64,000 nt of DNA from assembly GCA_030690305.1 (NCBI GenBank), contig JAUYHB010000006.1:84574-148573 (forward strand), given 5' to 3'. Under the pieces are notes generated by a model that saw only the letters and a list, made by a program, of their open reading frames with translations, searched no databases and was not told the origin of the DNA. Source of the stretch: a bacterium. Lineage in GTDB: Bacteria; Patescibacteriota; Minisyncoccia; Phycocordibacterales; JAGLPS01. Within the stretch, counting starts at the first letter, position 1. Every line of letters begins with the position of its first letter. Shown here one piece after another: positions 1-9,242 of this stretch. The translations under genes and the position numbers were made by a program.

Positions 1-2
1 TG

Positions 3-413
3 CTTTTGCCTTTTCTTTTGTTTGAATTGCCGTTGGGAAAAATTGCCGACCTGTTTTTGGGAGAAAAAGAAATACTCGTTGCCGGACTTGCCATAATGGC
101 GGCCGCTACTTCACTCGTTACATACCTTTCCACGGCCTCTTTCGTTCTTTGGGCAATTGTGTTATTCCTCACGCGCGTCGGAGCAAGTGCGGTTGAAATT
201 ATGACGGAAAGTTATTTCTTCAAACACGTCAATGCCACCGATTATGACGCCATCAGCGTGTTCCGCATGACACGCCCAATTTCTTATATCGTGGCACCTC
301 TCATTGCGGCTCTCGCACTCAGCACACTTCCTTACCGGTTCATTTTCCTCGTCCTTGTAGGAGTCATATTACTTGCAATCGGACCAGCGCTTCGTCTTAA
401 AGATACGCGCTAA
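3..413 (+). CDS. MFS transporter, C-terminal part (5' truncated by window)
   Basis: Several TM helices with an MFS-like LFELPLGKIAD...GEK loop motif; frame open from the window edge. Confidence 0.75.
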   Translation, partial: LLPFLLFELPLGKIADLFLGEKEILVAGLAIMAAATSLVTYLSTASFVLWAIVLFLTRVGASAVEIMTESYFFKHVNATDYDAISVFRMTRPISYIVAPLIAALALSTLPYRFIFLVLVGVILLAIGPALRLKDTR

Positions 414-424
414 AAATCACTCAG

Positions 425-540
425 CAACATTTTTTACAAAGCGCTCACCTGCTTCCTGCGGCAGGTTCGCTAAACTCGTAAAATTTTTGGCCCAAGGCCA
501 AACCAAGCAAATTTTCCTGCGAACATTGTAAAAAATGTTG
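425..540. repeat. Structured dispersed repeat, copy 1 (ncRNA- or MITE-like)
   Basis: Perfect 15-bp terminal inverted repeat CAACATTTTTTACAA/TTGTAAAAAATGTTG enclosing internal hairpins; second copy at 42736-42851. Confidence 0.85.
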
Positions 541-592
541 TCTCGCTTTAACGGGCAGAGGGAAGGGTTTGAGAAAAATCGTAATCCTAAAA

Positions 593-979
593 TTATTTCC
601 CCGCTTTGGCTATCTTTACTGCACTTTTGCGCACTTTTTTCACTGCTTTTTTACCTTCCGCTTCCATTTCCTTTTTTAAGTGTTTCCAGTAGTTTCCCAG
701 CTCTTTTTCAAGGTCGGCGATTTCCTCTTTACCGATGTGTTTTGCGTTATTATAACGGGAAAGAATTTGTTTCACTATTGTTTGGTACGTATCCTTGTTG
801 ATGTCGGTAAGCACTTCAAGTTTTTCCAGGACTTCTCCCTTGGCCTTAAGCGCCCATCCTCGTATTTTAGCCCGTCTTTTTTTTGCATCCTTTGCGCCAT
901 ACAAAAAATAAGCTGCGGCTGTAGCCGCAAGAGCCGAACCGACTGCGATACCAAGACCGATGTTATTTTTTTTATTCAT
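593..979 (-). CDS. YtxH-like small protein (N-terminal TM, basic helical tail)
   Basis: GIAVGSALAATAAAYFLYG followed by a K-rich helix. Confidence 0.6.
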   Translation of the reverse strand: MNKKNNIGLGIAVGSALAATAAAYFLYGAKDAKKRRAKIRGWALKAKGEVLEKLEVLTDINKDTYQTIVKQILSRYNNAKHIGKEEIADLEKELGNYWKHLKKEMEAEGKKAVKKVRKSAVKIAKAGK

Positions 980-980
980 A

Positions 981-1256
981 TTATTTTTTGTTTTTTGTTT
1001 TTTTATTACTTTGTAAGCCCAAAATGCGGGTAAGAAAGTCCCCTGTTTTTTTACCCTCTTTCTTGATTGTTACACGCAATGAATGAACATCTTCAACGAC
1101 CTCACTTCCTTCGTCTTTTATTTTCTTGGAAAGTCCACGTATGTCGGCCAAAATTCTTATCACATACCAAAGCGCCACCACAACAATAAGGGCAACCGCT
1201 ACGACCGCAACTGTGGTTACAAAAAAGAAAGTATCGGCTCTTGTTACGGCATCCAT
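981..1256 (-). CDS. Small single-TM hypothetical protein
   Basis: TM helix plus coiled tail; tightly packed in operon. Confidence 0.65.
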   Translation of the reverse strand: MDAVTRADTFFFVTTVAVVAVALIVVVALWYVIRILADIRGLSKKIKDEGSEVVEDVHSLRVTIKKEGKKTGDFLTRILGLQSNKKTKNKK

Positions 1257-1262
1257 AGGCTT

Positions 1263-2006
1263 TTACTGTGCATTATCCAGACATGATGTTAATTGGGACG
1301 TTTGCGTCCATCCGCATTTCCCATTTGTTTGCCGCCCGCACTGGGCATCCTGGTAACAGGCGTATTGCTCCGTCCATTCGCACGTTGTAACAACATCCTC
1401 ATCCGCGCATATCTGTCCGCTACAACCGGTCGGGAGGCATTCCTTCGGCGTGTCGGAAGAAACAGCCTTGGCGCTAAATTCCACCGGCATGCGAAGTTCA
1501 TCGGCATTTTCGGAAAGCCCCGATGGATTATCCTTTTCGAAAATAAGCATTCCGCGCTCGGTCGGAACGGAATTAAAGGTCAATACCGCCTTGAATGGCA
1601 CGAAATCTTGAGTCATCCATTCACCCTGAGCGGTTGCGATTGCGGTAGCGATTTTATTTCCCGATGCGTCAAACAAATGTATCGGGAAAGAGGCCTCAAA
1701 GAACCAATACCCTCTTGCTTCTCCGCTTATGGTCAGAGGGCTTTTGATTGAATCCCCGGGACGCGGTACCGATACACGGATAATGTCCTGTTTCTCAATT
1801 TCATTTCCAACATCTTCCACGAATTCGGAATTTGGCGCTTTGCATTTACGCGGATAGGATTCAAGCACCGGATAACCCGCTTTTACACACTCTTCAAAAC
1901 TTCGAATAGGGACATATTTTTTGTTTTGAAACACCACAAGCGCAATGACAACCGATGCGAACAGGGCCAAACAAAGAAACAATGCAAGATTTTTTCTGGA
2001 TATCAT
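1263..2006 (-). CDS. Membrane-anchored Gmad2 Ig-like protein with C-terminal Cys-cluster domain
   Basis: SFEECVKAGYPVLESYPRKC motif, GEARGYWFFEASFP and NPSG Gmad2 signatures, C-terminal CxxTGCSGQICA...C...C...CGW. Confidence 0.75.
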   Translation of the reverse strand: MISRKNLALFLCLALFASVVIALVVFQNKKYVPIRSFEECVKAGYPVLESYPRKCKAPNSEFVEDVGNEIEKQDIIRVSVPRPGDSIKSPLTISGEARGYWFFEASFPIHLFDASGNKIATAIATAQGEWMTQDFVPFKAVLTFNSVPTERGMLIFEKDNPSGLSENADELRMPVEFSAKAVSSDTPKECLPTGCSGQICADEDVVTTCEWTEQYACYQDAQCGRQTNGKCGWTQTSQLTSCLDNAQ

Positions 2007-2029
2007 GCTAAAACTTTTTTATTCCCCTG

Positions 2030-2146
2030 TTATCTCAGGGCAAGTATGATAATAATATTTAAAGAAATAATGACTGTCCCGATTACTCCGGTGACAAGAG
2101 CGGCAAGCATTATTTTATTCCCGTACCATGGTTCCTTGTCCGTCAT
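2030..2146 (-). CDS. 38-aa single-TM microprotein (below ORF-track cutoff)
   Basis: MTDKEPWYGNKIMLAALVTGVIGTVIISLNIIIILALR*, co-oriented with neighbours. Confidence 0.5.
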   Translation of the reverse strand: MTDKEPWYGNKIMLAALVTGVIGTVIISLNIIIILALR

Positions 2147-2171
2147 AACGATTGTATTGTAACACACGGGT

Positions 2172-2345
2172 GCGAGGACAAAAAATTTCCGCAATAAAGG
2201 GTATTAACCGCAGGGCAAGCCCTGCACCCATTTGGTGCTCGAAGACTCGCTCTCTCCCCGTCCCAGAGGGGCGGGGTATTAAACCCTTTGTTACGACTTC
2301 GACTCGGACGCTGTGTACAATCGGAATTGTCCACGCGCTCCTCGC
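2172..2345. repeat. Nested palindromic intergenic element
   Basis: GCGAGGA/TCCTCGC outer arms; AAAGGGT/ACCCTTT stem; hairpins GCAGGGCAAGCCCTGC and CCCCGTCCCAGAGGGGCGGGG. Confidence 0.55.
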
Positions 2346-2358
2346 TTGTCGTAATAAT

Positions 2359-3909
2359 CTAAAAAACTTTTATTTGTATACCGCTTTTCGTTTTTACCTC
2401 CGAGCCTTCTGTCTCGATTTCAATTTCCGTTTCGCTTTCAATTTTTACTTCATCGTTGTGAGAATCATCGGAGCCGCGTACCCCACTCTCGCTGTCGGAC
2501 TGAAACATATTTGAGAGAAGTCCGGATGCGGTTTTCGCGTTTGCGTATGAAATATTCCACAATCGCAAGGCACTTGTGTAATCGCCTTGCGCATACGCGA
2601 CCTCCGCCTGAACCGAGGTGTTTTCCGCTTCGGCAATCAAATTTTGTGCTTTATCCGTAATACCGGTTATGCGCAAAACTTTCTCCGACAACTTTAATCG
2701 TGCTTCCGTAAGTGCGATATCGGCTTTTTCCTTCATTCGATCCGCCTCTTTTTGAAGATACGTGTTTACACGGGAGGAAGAAGAAACGGAAGATGTGGCA
2801 GTACTATTATTATCATCTTCCTCAGCGGGTATCGGAAGGATGGAAGGAAAAATTTGTAATTTATGTTTTTGTTCCGCTCTCAAGAGAATCTCAAGCCTGT
2901 ACGCGAGGTTAAACGCATTTTGAAGTTCAGCAAACGCCTCTCTGTACTCTTTATTATTGAGAAAAGATTTTCCGGCGGATATCCCCTCGGTTACCGTGGC
3001 GAAATCGGCTTTTACCTGAGTCATAGTTGAAGTGGAAAGGGATGTTTCAAATTTTTGTATGATTTTTGACACATCGTGCGATTTTGATTCCGCCAATTTC
3101 AGCATTCTCAAAACAGAGGATTCTTTAACATCCGCTGCTTTTACTGCTTCTTTTGAACCATCCGATGAATCATCCGGGCTGGAAGATAACGCAAGAGAGT
3201 CTTCGTTTATTTTTACAGCCACCCGAAGATTGACCGAAGCAGCCGCGGGAACAGCGTTGACGGTTTCCCTATTCTCCCTTACAACAGCAAGCATCCTCCC
3301 CGTTGAGTCATTTTCATCATCGCTGTTGCGCAACGACAAGCGGGTGAGAATTTCCTCATGGGCCTCTAGCGATGTTTCAAAGCGTGAAGTGACCTCACTC
3401 GCTCGTTCGGGGTCCCGTTCCTCAAATTCTTTTACCCTCTCAGCGACTTTTTGAGCGTGTTTTTCAAATTGTTCCGCAATTTTTTGCTCATTTGCCGCGC
3501 TTAGTTTCCCTTCCGCAGAAAGCGATGCCGCCTCAACAAGGCGCCGTTCGGCTCGCTCACTTTCCCATTGTGCTTTCGCTTCGGAAGAAAAAGTGAGAGT
3601 TTGTTTTATTTCTTCGTTCACAGATACTTTGACCGGGTACAGCAAATCTCCGGGCAGAGAACCTTCGGCGGCAAAGGACACACCGCCCCCGACAACAAGC
3701 GCGAGAATGAGTGCGATGGGCATGGGATTTCTGAGCAAGAGAAAGAAAAAACTATTTGGCCACCGGTTTTCGGGACGCAAAAGATTTTCTTTTTTTACAG
3801 GTGCGGTACGTATGGAATGTTCAAGAACCGCCTTCATATGTCCTTTTTCCTGAGACGTCATGCGGATTGTTTGTCCTATCGTATGAAGTTGTTTTTCGAA
3901 ATTGTTCAT
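2359..3909 (-). CDS. DUF5667-containing putative anti-sigma factor
   Basis: TM followed by AEGSLPGDLLYPVKVSVNE..ERRLVEA; overlaps the ECF sigma stop. Confidence 0.75.
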   Translation of the reverse strand: MNNFEKQLHTIGQTIRMTSQEKGHMKAVLEHSIRTAPVKKENLLRPENRWPNSFFFLLLRNPMPIALILALVVGGGVSFAAEGSLPGDLLYPVKVSVNEEIKQTLTFSSEAKAQWESERAERRLVEAASLSAEGKLSAANEQKIAEQFEKHAQKVAERVKEFEERDPERASEVTSRFETSLEAHEEILTRLSLRNSDDENDSTGRMLAVVRENRETVNAVPAAASVNLRVAVKINEDSLALSSSPDDSSDGSKEAVKAADVKESSVLRMLKLAESKSHDVSKIIQKFETSLSTSTMTQVKADFATVTEGISAGKSFLNNKEYREAFAELQNAFNLAYRLEILLRAEQKHKLQIFPSILPIPAEEDDNNSTATSSVSSSSRVNTYLQKEADRMKEKADIALTEARLKLSEKVLRITGITDKAQNLIAEAENTSVQAEVAYAQGDYTSALRLWNISYANAKTASGLLSNMFQSDSESGVRGSDDSHNDEVKIESETEIEIETEGSEVKTKSGIQIKVF

Positions 3910-4421
3910 AATTGTATCGCGTTGCGTAATTTGAAAAGCCCTCTGTGGATGCGGACTGAAACGACATTTTCATTTTCTCCGATAAGTTCGGCAATTTCCC
4001 TTGGCGAGAAACCGTCCATGTACCTCATCGTCACGACTTCCCGATACTTTTCAGGAAGCGTCTTGAGTGCCTTTAGGAGCCGTATCCCGTCAAAGCGAAT
4101 TTCCGCCTGTTCCATTTCTCCCGTACTGTGTAAATCGGGGATGTCCCCTTCGGAAGCGTCTTCCCGCTCAAGAAATTCATCGAGGGATGTCGTTTTCTTT
4201 TTTCGGTATTCGTCGATAATCAAATTGTTTAACACTCGATAAAGAAAAGGTTTGAAATCATCGATGGTTTTCCCCTGGGCGACGTAATTCCACGTCTTTG
4301 TGAACGACTCTTGGACAAGTTCAAGCGAACGTTCCCTGTCGCCAATACGAAAGAAGCAATGCCTGAAAAGAGCATCGGAATAGTCCTCAAACGCCTGAGT
4401 AAATCGTCCCGTAACGTCCAT
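3906..4421 (-). CDS. ECF RNA polymerase sigma-70 factor
   Basis: Region 2 (LVQESFTKTW, FLYRVLNNLIIDEYRK) and region 4 HTH (EIAELIGENENVVSVRIHRG). Confidence 0.9.
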   Translation of the reverse strand: MDVTGRFTQAFEDYSDALFRHCFFRIGDRERSLELVQESFTKTWNYVAQGKTIDDFKPFLYRVLNNLIIDEYRKKKTTSLDEFLEREDASEGDIPDLHSTGEMEQAEIRFDGIRLLKALKTLPEKYREVVTMRYMDGFSPREIAELIGENENVVSVRIHRGLFKLRNAIQL

Positions 4422-4524
4422 TCTTTTGTTTCTTAGTATATAAGACGAAAAGATGTCATTTCCCTTTCACAATCAATGTACCATGATATGCATGTTCTTT
4501 TCCAGAAATGATAGGATAAAGCCA

Positions 4525-5211
4525 ATGAAAAAAGTGGCTATTTTTGATGTCGATGGGACCGTGTTCCGTTCAAGTCTTCTGATTGAATTAACCGAACGAC
4601 TGATTGAGAAAGGACTGTTCCCTTCCGCTGCCCGGAGAGAATATCAATACGAATACAAAAAATGGCATGACCGTGAAGGCAGTTACGAAGAATATATCGA
4701 TAACGTCATAAAGGCGTTCATGAAATATGTACGCGGTGTGTCATATAAAGATTTTCTTGAAGCCGGGGATGAGGTGTTTGAACAGCAAAAAAACAGGACC
4801 TACCGATACACACGCGATCTTATAAAAAAATTAAAAAAGGAGAAATATTACCTTCTTGCCATTTCCCAGTCTCCCAAAGGAATCCTTGATAAGTTCTGCG
4901 CTCATATGGGATTTGATAAAATATATGGAAGAATCTATGAGCTTGGACCCGAGGATAAGTTCACAGGAAATATCGTCGACCTTCACCTTATTTCAAACAA
5001 GGCAAACATAGTAAAGCGGGCGATTGAAAAAGAAAATTTGACGCTTGAAGGATCGGTTGCCGTCGGGGATACGGAGGGAGACGTTTCAATGCTTGAGATG
5101 GTTGGACAACCTATTTGTTTCAATCCGAATATGAAACTCTACAGAGAAGCGAAACGCAACGGATGGAAAATTGTTGTTGAACGGAAAGACGTGATTTATG
5201 AAATCAATTAA
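4525..5211 (+). CDS. HAD-IB family hydrolase (SerB-like)
   Basis: FDVDGT motif I, AVGDTEGD motif III; start at MKKVAIF. Confidence 0.85.
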   Translation: MKKVAIFDVDGTVFRSSLLIELTERLIEKGLFPSAARREYQYEYKKWHDREGSYEEYIDNVIKAFMKYVRGVSYKDFLEAGDEVFEQQKNRTYRYTRDLIKKLKKEKYYLLAISQSPKGILDKFCAHMGFDKIYGRIYELGPEDKFTGNIVDLHLISNKANIVKRAIEKENLTLEGSVAVGDTEGDVSMLEMVGQPICFNPNMKLYREAKRNGWKIVVERKDVIYEIN

Positions 5212-5242
5212 AAAAGCCCGTTTCGTTAAGAAACAGGCTTTT
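5212..5242. terminator. Hairpin between convergent genes
   Basis: AAAAGCCCGTTTC..GAAACAGGCTTTT. Confidence 0.55.
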
Positions 5243-5462
5243 GGGAAACAGAGCATTTTTTAAAACTGTTCAAACTTATTATTGTTAAGAGAACATCTGT
5301 AACTAAAAGCGCCGCTAACAATAAAGCAAGGCAGGAGACTGTCCACTCGTTTATCTCTGGTTTCATCCACATTAACAGAAGAGAGAGAATTGTTACCCGA
5401 GAAAGAAAGAACCCACCGAGAAGAAATATTAACGCTATCCAACCAAAGTTTAATTCCATCAT
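5226..5462 (-). CDS. Orphan small membrane protein
   Basis: AAAGGAGG SD 7 nt before ATG; hydrophobic helices. Confidence 0.6.
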   Translation of the reverse strand: MMELNFGWIALIFLLGGFFLSRVTILSLLLMWMKPEINEWTVSCLALLLAALLVTDVLLTIISLNSFKKCSVSQKPVS

Positions 5463-5531
5463 AGAATTCCTCCTTTTTTTGAATAGTCTTCTATAAAATG
5501 TTTTTATAAGAACAATCTTTAACCTGTTGTC

Positions 5532-5561
5532 ATTATACCACAATATATGGCATAAAGTCAA
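5532..5561 (-). promoter_or_regulatory. sigma70 promoter
   Basis: TTGACT-N18-TATAAT. Confidence 0.65.
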
Positions 5562-5630
5562 TATCTATTATACCTATATTTTAAGCCTTAATTTAAGGAA
5601 ATATAGTTTTTAAGTACTCTTATTTTATCT

Positions 5631-7622
5631 TTACTCGGAGACCGGGTAACACGTTTGGCATACCCCAAGGTCTTGCAGTTTTTCCAGGTATGCAATGACG
5701 GTAAGTACGAACTCCGCGTGGCTCCATGTCAGGGGCCTGACCGAAAGCGGAGAGCCGTTATATGGATGCAGTTGTTCGGATAATAAGCCCGAGGTAAGAG
5801 CGTTTTTTAATGTCCACAAAAGCGTCTCCTTTGCCCCATCAAGGTCTTCCTGGCTTTCAGCCCGGGCGATATCGTATTGTGCAAACCATAATGTGGTAAT
5901 AAACCACGCATTGCCCGGCAGTCCGGACCCGACACCGTAATATACATCCCCTTCGTAGCGGGCATATCCACCTATATCCGTGTGAACACGCAACCTCTCA
6001 CGAGAAATCATCATGGCTTTAAGAAGCCGTTCGTCATATGGAGACAAAACCCCGAATCTAAAAATTCCATACGCACTCGAAGCATCTATCGTCTTGTCGT
6101 AAATAATACTTCCCCGCGGAGGTACCGTAAGCATCCGGCTGAACGTGCCTTCTTTTTCGTTGTAGAGATATTTTATTATTGCCGCCTGAATTTCGTCCGC
6201 CGCCCGGTGATATTTTTTCGATTCGTTTTGCTTTCCCAAAAGAAATGCGAACTTCCCCGCCGCAATCAGTCCTCCGTACACCGCAGCGGCGGTAAAACAG
6301 GAGATGCCGTTACGTTCCTCCCACAAATCGTAACTTGGTCCCGGAAGACCGGTTTTTTTATCCCTGTATTCGACAAGAAAATCCCCCGCCCGTTTTATAA
6401 AGGAATTGTAAATACTTTCAATAAATTCGAGATTTCTCGTCACCGCGTAATGGTCCCAAAGCGTATAGAGAGATGTTGCCGTTTCGTCCTCTTGGATGGC
6501 AAGTTGTGAGACTCCGTTTCGTATCCACGGATGCCACGAACTTCCCAACGACCTGTCCGAATTATATTTGTGCAGGAGAAAACCTTCGTCGGTAAGCACT
6601 TCGTTGCAGAAAGAATAAAAGCGCGTGCTTAAATCAAAGTATCCCGCTTTGTCAAAAGCAAGGGCGGCAAACGCCGCGTCGCGCGGCCACATATAACTGT
6701 ATGTGTCGCGGCCATGCTGCAGAATGGATGAGTCTCCCGAAGCGATGAGAGCTCCTCGGTTGTCCGCGTGAGTTCGCATGATAAGAAGCGATTTTTTGAA
6801 CAGGTCTCCAACGCCTTCATCAAGGCCGTAGAAAACAAAACGGCGCTTGTTTACCCACGCTTTCCAAAAATCTCCCGTACTTTTCAAAAGATGGGGCGGG
6901 GTTTTTTTAAGAACGTATGAATTCAAAAGTCTCGCTTCACGCAAAGTATGAGAAGCGATAATCCAGTAGTACACTTCTCCTACTTCCTCGGCTTCAAGAG
7001 GCACCGTAAAACCCACGGTTGAATCCACTGACCCGTGTTCAATGGCGTTTTTTGAAAGTAGTCCGTCTTCGGCGTCTTTCCATGTTCCCTCTTTTCCTTC
7101 TATTTGAGAAAGGCCGACGCTGTAATCGTCGAAAGAACCTTCGTGTAAACCGAGGCCTGCAATAAAGAAAAGTCTTCTTCCTTTGTAATGAACAATTGCG
7201 TTATCCTCCGGCTGATAGTAGGCGGTGTTGCCATAACTGGAATGGGAAATTTGGAACTCTTGATTGATAAATACTTTTATTACCCGGGAAGAAGGGTGGC
7301 GGTTTTGAACGGTGATTTTCCGAAGAAAAATATTTGATTCGTTATAGACCGTATCATTAAAAAAAAGTGAAACTTTCAGGCGGTCATTGACGGCGCGAAT
7401 TTCCGAAACCATTGTTTCCTTCTTGTAATCAACCGTTACATTCCAATCATCGCTTGCAAGCCACGAGAAATCGCCGTCAACCCACACGCCAATACGGTGA
7501 ACAACCCCGCTTGGAGAGTGGTTGGACATACCTACATAAGGAAAATAAAAATCACGTACTTGTCCCCTGCTATCGAGAAAAACAAGTATGTTACCGTTTC
7601 CCAAAACTAGTGATCTTGCCAT
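5631..7622 (-). CDS. Glycoside hydrolase family 15 (glucoamylase-like)
   Basis: YMWPRDAA, QEDET, YDLWEER, LSEQ, PLTWSHA motifs. Confidence 0.9.
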   Translation of the reverse strand: MARSLVLGNGNILVFLDSRGQVRDFYFPYVGMSNHSPSGVVHRIGVWVDGDFSWLASDDWNVTVDYKKETMVSEIRAVNDRLKVSLFFNDTVYNESNIFLRKITVQNRHPSSRVIKVFINQEFQISHSSYGNTAYYQPEDNAIVHYKGRRLFFIAGLGLHEGSFDDYSVGLSQIEGKEGTWKDAEDGLLSKNAIEHGSVDSTVGFTVPLEAEEVGEVYYWIIASHTLREARLLNSYVLKKTPPHLLKSTGDFWKAWVNKRRFVFYGLDEGVGDLFKKSLLIMRTHADNRGALIASGDSSILQHGRDTYSYMWPRDAAFAALAFDKAGYFDLSTRFYSFCNEVLTDEGFLLHKYNSDRSLGSSWHPWIRNGVSQLAIQEDETATSLYTLWDHYAVTRNLEFIESIYNSFIKRAGDFLVEYRDKKTGLPGPSYDLWEERNGISCFTAAAVYGGLIAAGKFAFLLGKQNESKKYHRAADEIQAAIIKYLYNEKEGTFSRMLTVPPRGSIIYDKTIDASSAYGIFRFGVLSPYDERLLKAMMISRERLRVHTDIGGYARYEGDVYYGVGSGLPGNAWFITTLWFAQYDIARAESQEDLDGAKETLLWTLKNALTSGLLSEQLHPYNGSPLSVRPLTWSHAEFVLTVIAYLEKLQDLGVCQTCYPVSE

Positions 7623-7644
7623 AATGCAAACCTATATTGAGAAA

Positions 7645-7950
7645 TTATTTGCAGTTGTCGCAAACCGAGAGCGCCTTTATCGCCCCCGCTTTCGTTTTTG
7701 CCTTTCGCAGAGCAGTAGCGCAGTGGGAGCAACCCAGAACATTCTCAACCCAGTTTGCAAAGTCGTTGCTTCCGTTGCCCGTGTGATGAGCGAATTGCTC
7801 CTTTTTCATTCCCTGAAATGCCTTTTTGAGTTCCTCGACATTTTTGATAACGGGACCGTTATTGACCCAAAAGCACGCTTCTCCCTGCGCCTCGTTGTGA
7901 CAGGTACACATCGCGGCGAACTTTTTTGTTTTTGTCTTTGTAGTACGCAT
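7645..7950 (-). CDS. DUF5752-like small protein
   Basis: FWVNNGPVIKNVEEL...FAHH...NDFANWVENVLG; typical of glucan clusters. Confidence 0.6.
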   Translation of the reverse strand: MRTTKTKTKKFAAMCTCHNEAQGEACFWVNNGPVIKNVEELKKAFQGMKKEQFAHHTGNGSNDFANWVENVLGCSHCATALRKAKTKAGAIKALSVCDNCK

Positions 7951-7973
7951 ATTAATTTCTAAATGTAATTATA

Positions 7974-9242
7974 TCAGTGAGTTAATAATTTTTGTAATGT
8001 CCTCTTCACACGAAACCAAACGGGCGGAAGCGGCGCCGATTCGATTCGTTTTCTTAAATCATGAAGGACGTTCATATAGGCGATAAACGCTTCGTAAGGA
8101 GATTCGTAAGGATTAAAGTATGCATGTACATCACCGTCGGAAAACCACTTGGTACACATATAGTAGAAATGGTCCGATGTTTGCAGTTTCCGCCAATCCT
8201 CAACAAGTTTCTCGTCTCCCGTCTCAAGTACCATATCTTCAAGAGCATATATCGAACGGAGAGCGTCATGCTGAATCGGATTTGAGCGCCAGGCGGAGAG
8301 GTCCCGCTCTATGTCGGCCCATGAAACGTAATTCGGCACATCCAATTCCCCTACCGGACGCAATAGTTCAAGCGCTTCCCGGGGAGTCACAAAGTGGTTG
8401 TCCGAACGTTTGAGCATTTCTTTCGGTAAATGGCGCATAAATTCAAAAATGCCCGTGTCTTCCCACTGGTGCTCGCCAAACGTCTCGTAATCCATGAACA
8501 GGTTGATTATTTCCCCGTTGCCATGGTGAGCCTCTACCCATTTCACAAACTTGGGTGCGGTAAGAGGATAGTCTTCCCACCATTTCGCGCCAAAACGAAA
8601 AGCAATATCGTCGGAAAGTTTATAGTTTTTCAAAAGAAGCGTGAGCGGAGCGTCTTTGGCTTTGTATAGGAAATTCGGACTTCTCCACCCGAGAATATGG
8701 TCGGCGCCTTCGGCGAGCATTCCCTTGTATCCGAGCCGTGCGATTTCTTTTCCGATGTCATTGCTGTAGATAAGCTCGGTGTTCCGGAAAACCGTCGGAG
8801 TATAACCGAACAATGATTTTATTTTTTCTCTGTGTTTTTCTATCTGTTTTCTGAATTCGGCCGGGGAATGTAAAAATGCGAGCGAGTGGTAGTACGTTTC
8901 GCTTAAAATTTCCACTCTCCCCGTTTCGACGAGTTTTCTAAACGACTCAAGCACATGCGGAGCAAATTGTTCGAATTGTTCAAGTACGACTCCGGAAAAT
9001 GAAAAACTTACCTTAAACTCCGGATGTTTTTGCAACAAATGAAGAAGAAGGGCGTTTGCGGGAAGATAGGATTTTTCCGCCACCTTGAGAAGTATTTTTC
9101 TGTTATTGAGGTCGGACTGCCCGTTGTCGTTGAAATAATTGTGGTCTGTACCGACGTCAAAAATTCTGTATCGTTTTACCCGATGAGGCTGGTGAACTTG
9201 AAAATAAAAACAGATATTAAGCATTGTATATGGAGAGACCAA
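7974..9242 (-). CDS. Glycoside hydrolase family 57 (alpha-amylase-like); start may be MLNIC at 9224
   Basis: FQVHQP, ETYYHS, FRNTEL, MDYETFGEH, SWAD, QTSDHFYY. Confidence 0.9.
   Translation of the reverse strand: MVSPYTMLNICFYFQVHQPHRVKRYRIFDVGTDHNYFNDNGQSDLNNRKILLKVAEKSYLPANALLLHLLQKHPEFKVSFSFSGVVLEQFEQFAPHVLESFRKLVETGRVEILSETYYHSLAFLHSPAEFRKQIEKHREKIKSLFGYTPTVFRNTELIYSNDIGKEIARLGYKGMLAEGADHILGWRSPNFLYKAKDAPLTLLLKNYKLSDDIAFRFGAKWWEDYPLTAPKFVKWVEAHHGNGEIINLFMDYETFGEHQWEDTGIFEFMRHLPKEMLKRSDNHFVTPREALELLRPVGELDVPNYVSWADIERDLSAWRSNPIQHDALRSIYALEDMVLETGDEKLVEDWRKLQTSDHFYYMCTKWFSDGDVHAYFNPYESPYEAFIAYMNVLHDLRKRIESAPLPPVWFRVKRTLQKLLTH

Noticed and set aside
425-540. Hammerhead ribozyme or known riboswitch identity for the repeats
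   Set aside because: No CUGAUGA core or other recognisable aptamer consensus on either strand
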